The notes below the pieces were generated by a model. That model was given only the letters and a program-made list of their open reading frames with translations. It searched no databases and was not told the DNA's origin. DNA of 64,000 bases. It comes from a virus. Shown one piece after another: positions 63,815-64,000 of this stretch (positions are counted from its first letter, which is position 1; every line of letters starts with the position of its first letter). Where the stretch lies: positions 9,310 through 73,309 of IMG/VR virus record IMGVR_UViG_3300027806_000039; one strand, written 5' to 3'. The position numbers and the translations under genes are program-made.

Positions 63815-64000
63815 TCAGCCTCCGGCCCCGGGGTACTCGATCTGCGCCATCCGCAGCGCCGCGAATGGGTTGGCGGCGGCTCGGGCGTTGGCCACGAACT
63901 TGGCGGCCTCCACCTGGCGGTCGAGCTCGTGCTGCTCCACCTCGCCGGCGTCGGTGCGGGCACGCCGCGGCTGCGCGAGATTCGCGGCCACTGCGTCGAT
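63815..64000 (-). CDS. Head completion protein (gpW position), 5'-truncated
   Basis: ...QPRRARTDAGEVEQHELDRQVEAAKF...; directly upstream of the lambda portal. Confidence 0.65.
   Translation of the reverse strand: MDAVAANLAQPRRARTDAGEVEQHELDRQVEAAKFVANARAAANPFAALRMAQIEYPGAGG

Larger units (their letters stand above)
55506..64000 (-). mobile_element. Phage A head and accessory module
   Basis: gpW-like, lambda portal, protease-MCP, DUF2190, head-tail and fibre genes. Confidence 0.85.

Overview
The whole window is tailed-phage DNA: high GC, almost all genes on the minus strand, no host housekeeping context. Protein styles suggest a Planctomycetota-like host, which is an inference only. It holds two separate virion morphogenesis programmes. 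Phage A (lambda-type portal, protease-capsid fusion, DUF2190, collagen fibre) has head genes at 64000-57000 and tail genes at 6577-1. Phage B, an apparently complete, circularly permuted 47,553-bp HK97-type genome (terS/terL, portal, protease, MCP, tail, two tyrosine recombinases, replication, glycosylation and lysis-like genes), sits between them. It is bounded by a 1,348-bp direct repeat with no mismatch seen by eye (6605-7952 = 54158-55505). This is either a real cointegrate or a figure-eight assembly join. Main observations: (1) two integron-attC-like hairpins delimiting an 825-bp cassette whose ends are perfectly complementary, with genes reversed and start codons inside the hairpin loops; (2) a ~130-nt candidate structured ncRNA in two diverged copies with structure-preserving changes; (3) a recurring TTGAC(N)-N7-YANNNT promoter-like motif, often before leaderless ATGs; (4) a GGA-rich CsrA-target-like region; (5) a free-standing mini-paralogue of the tail chaperone frameshift extension; (6) a portal fused to a HAD-like domain. 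I found no rRNA, tRNA, CRISPR array or reverse transcriptase. All family calls come from motif recognition by eye, not database searches.
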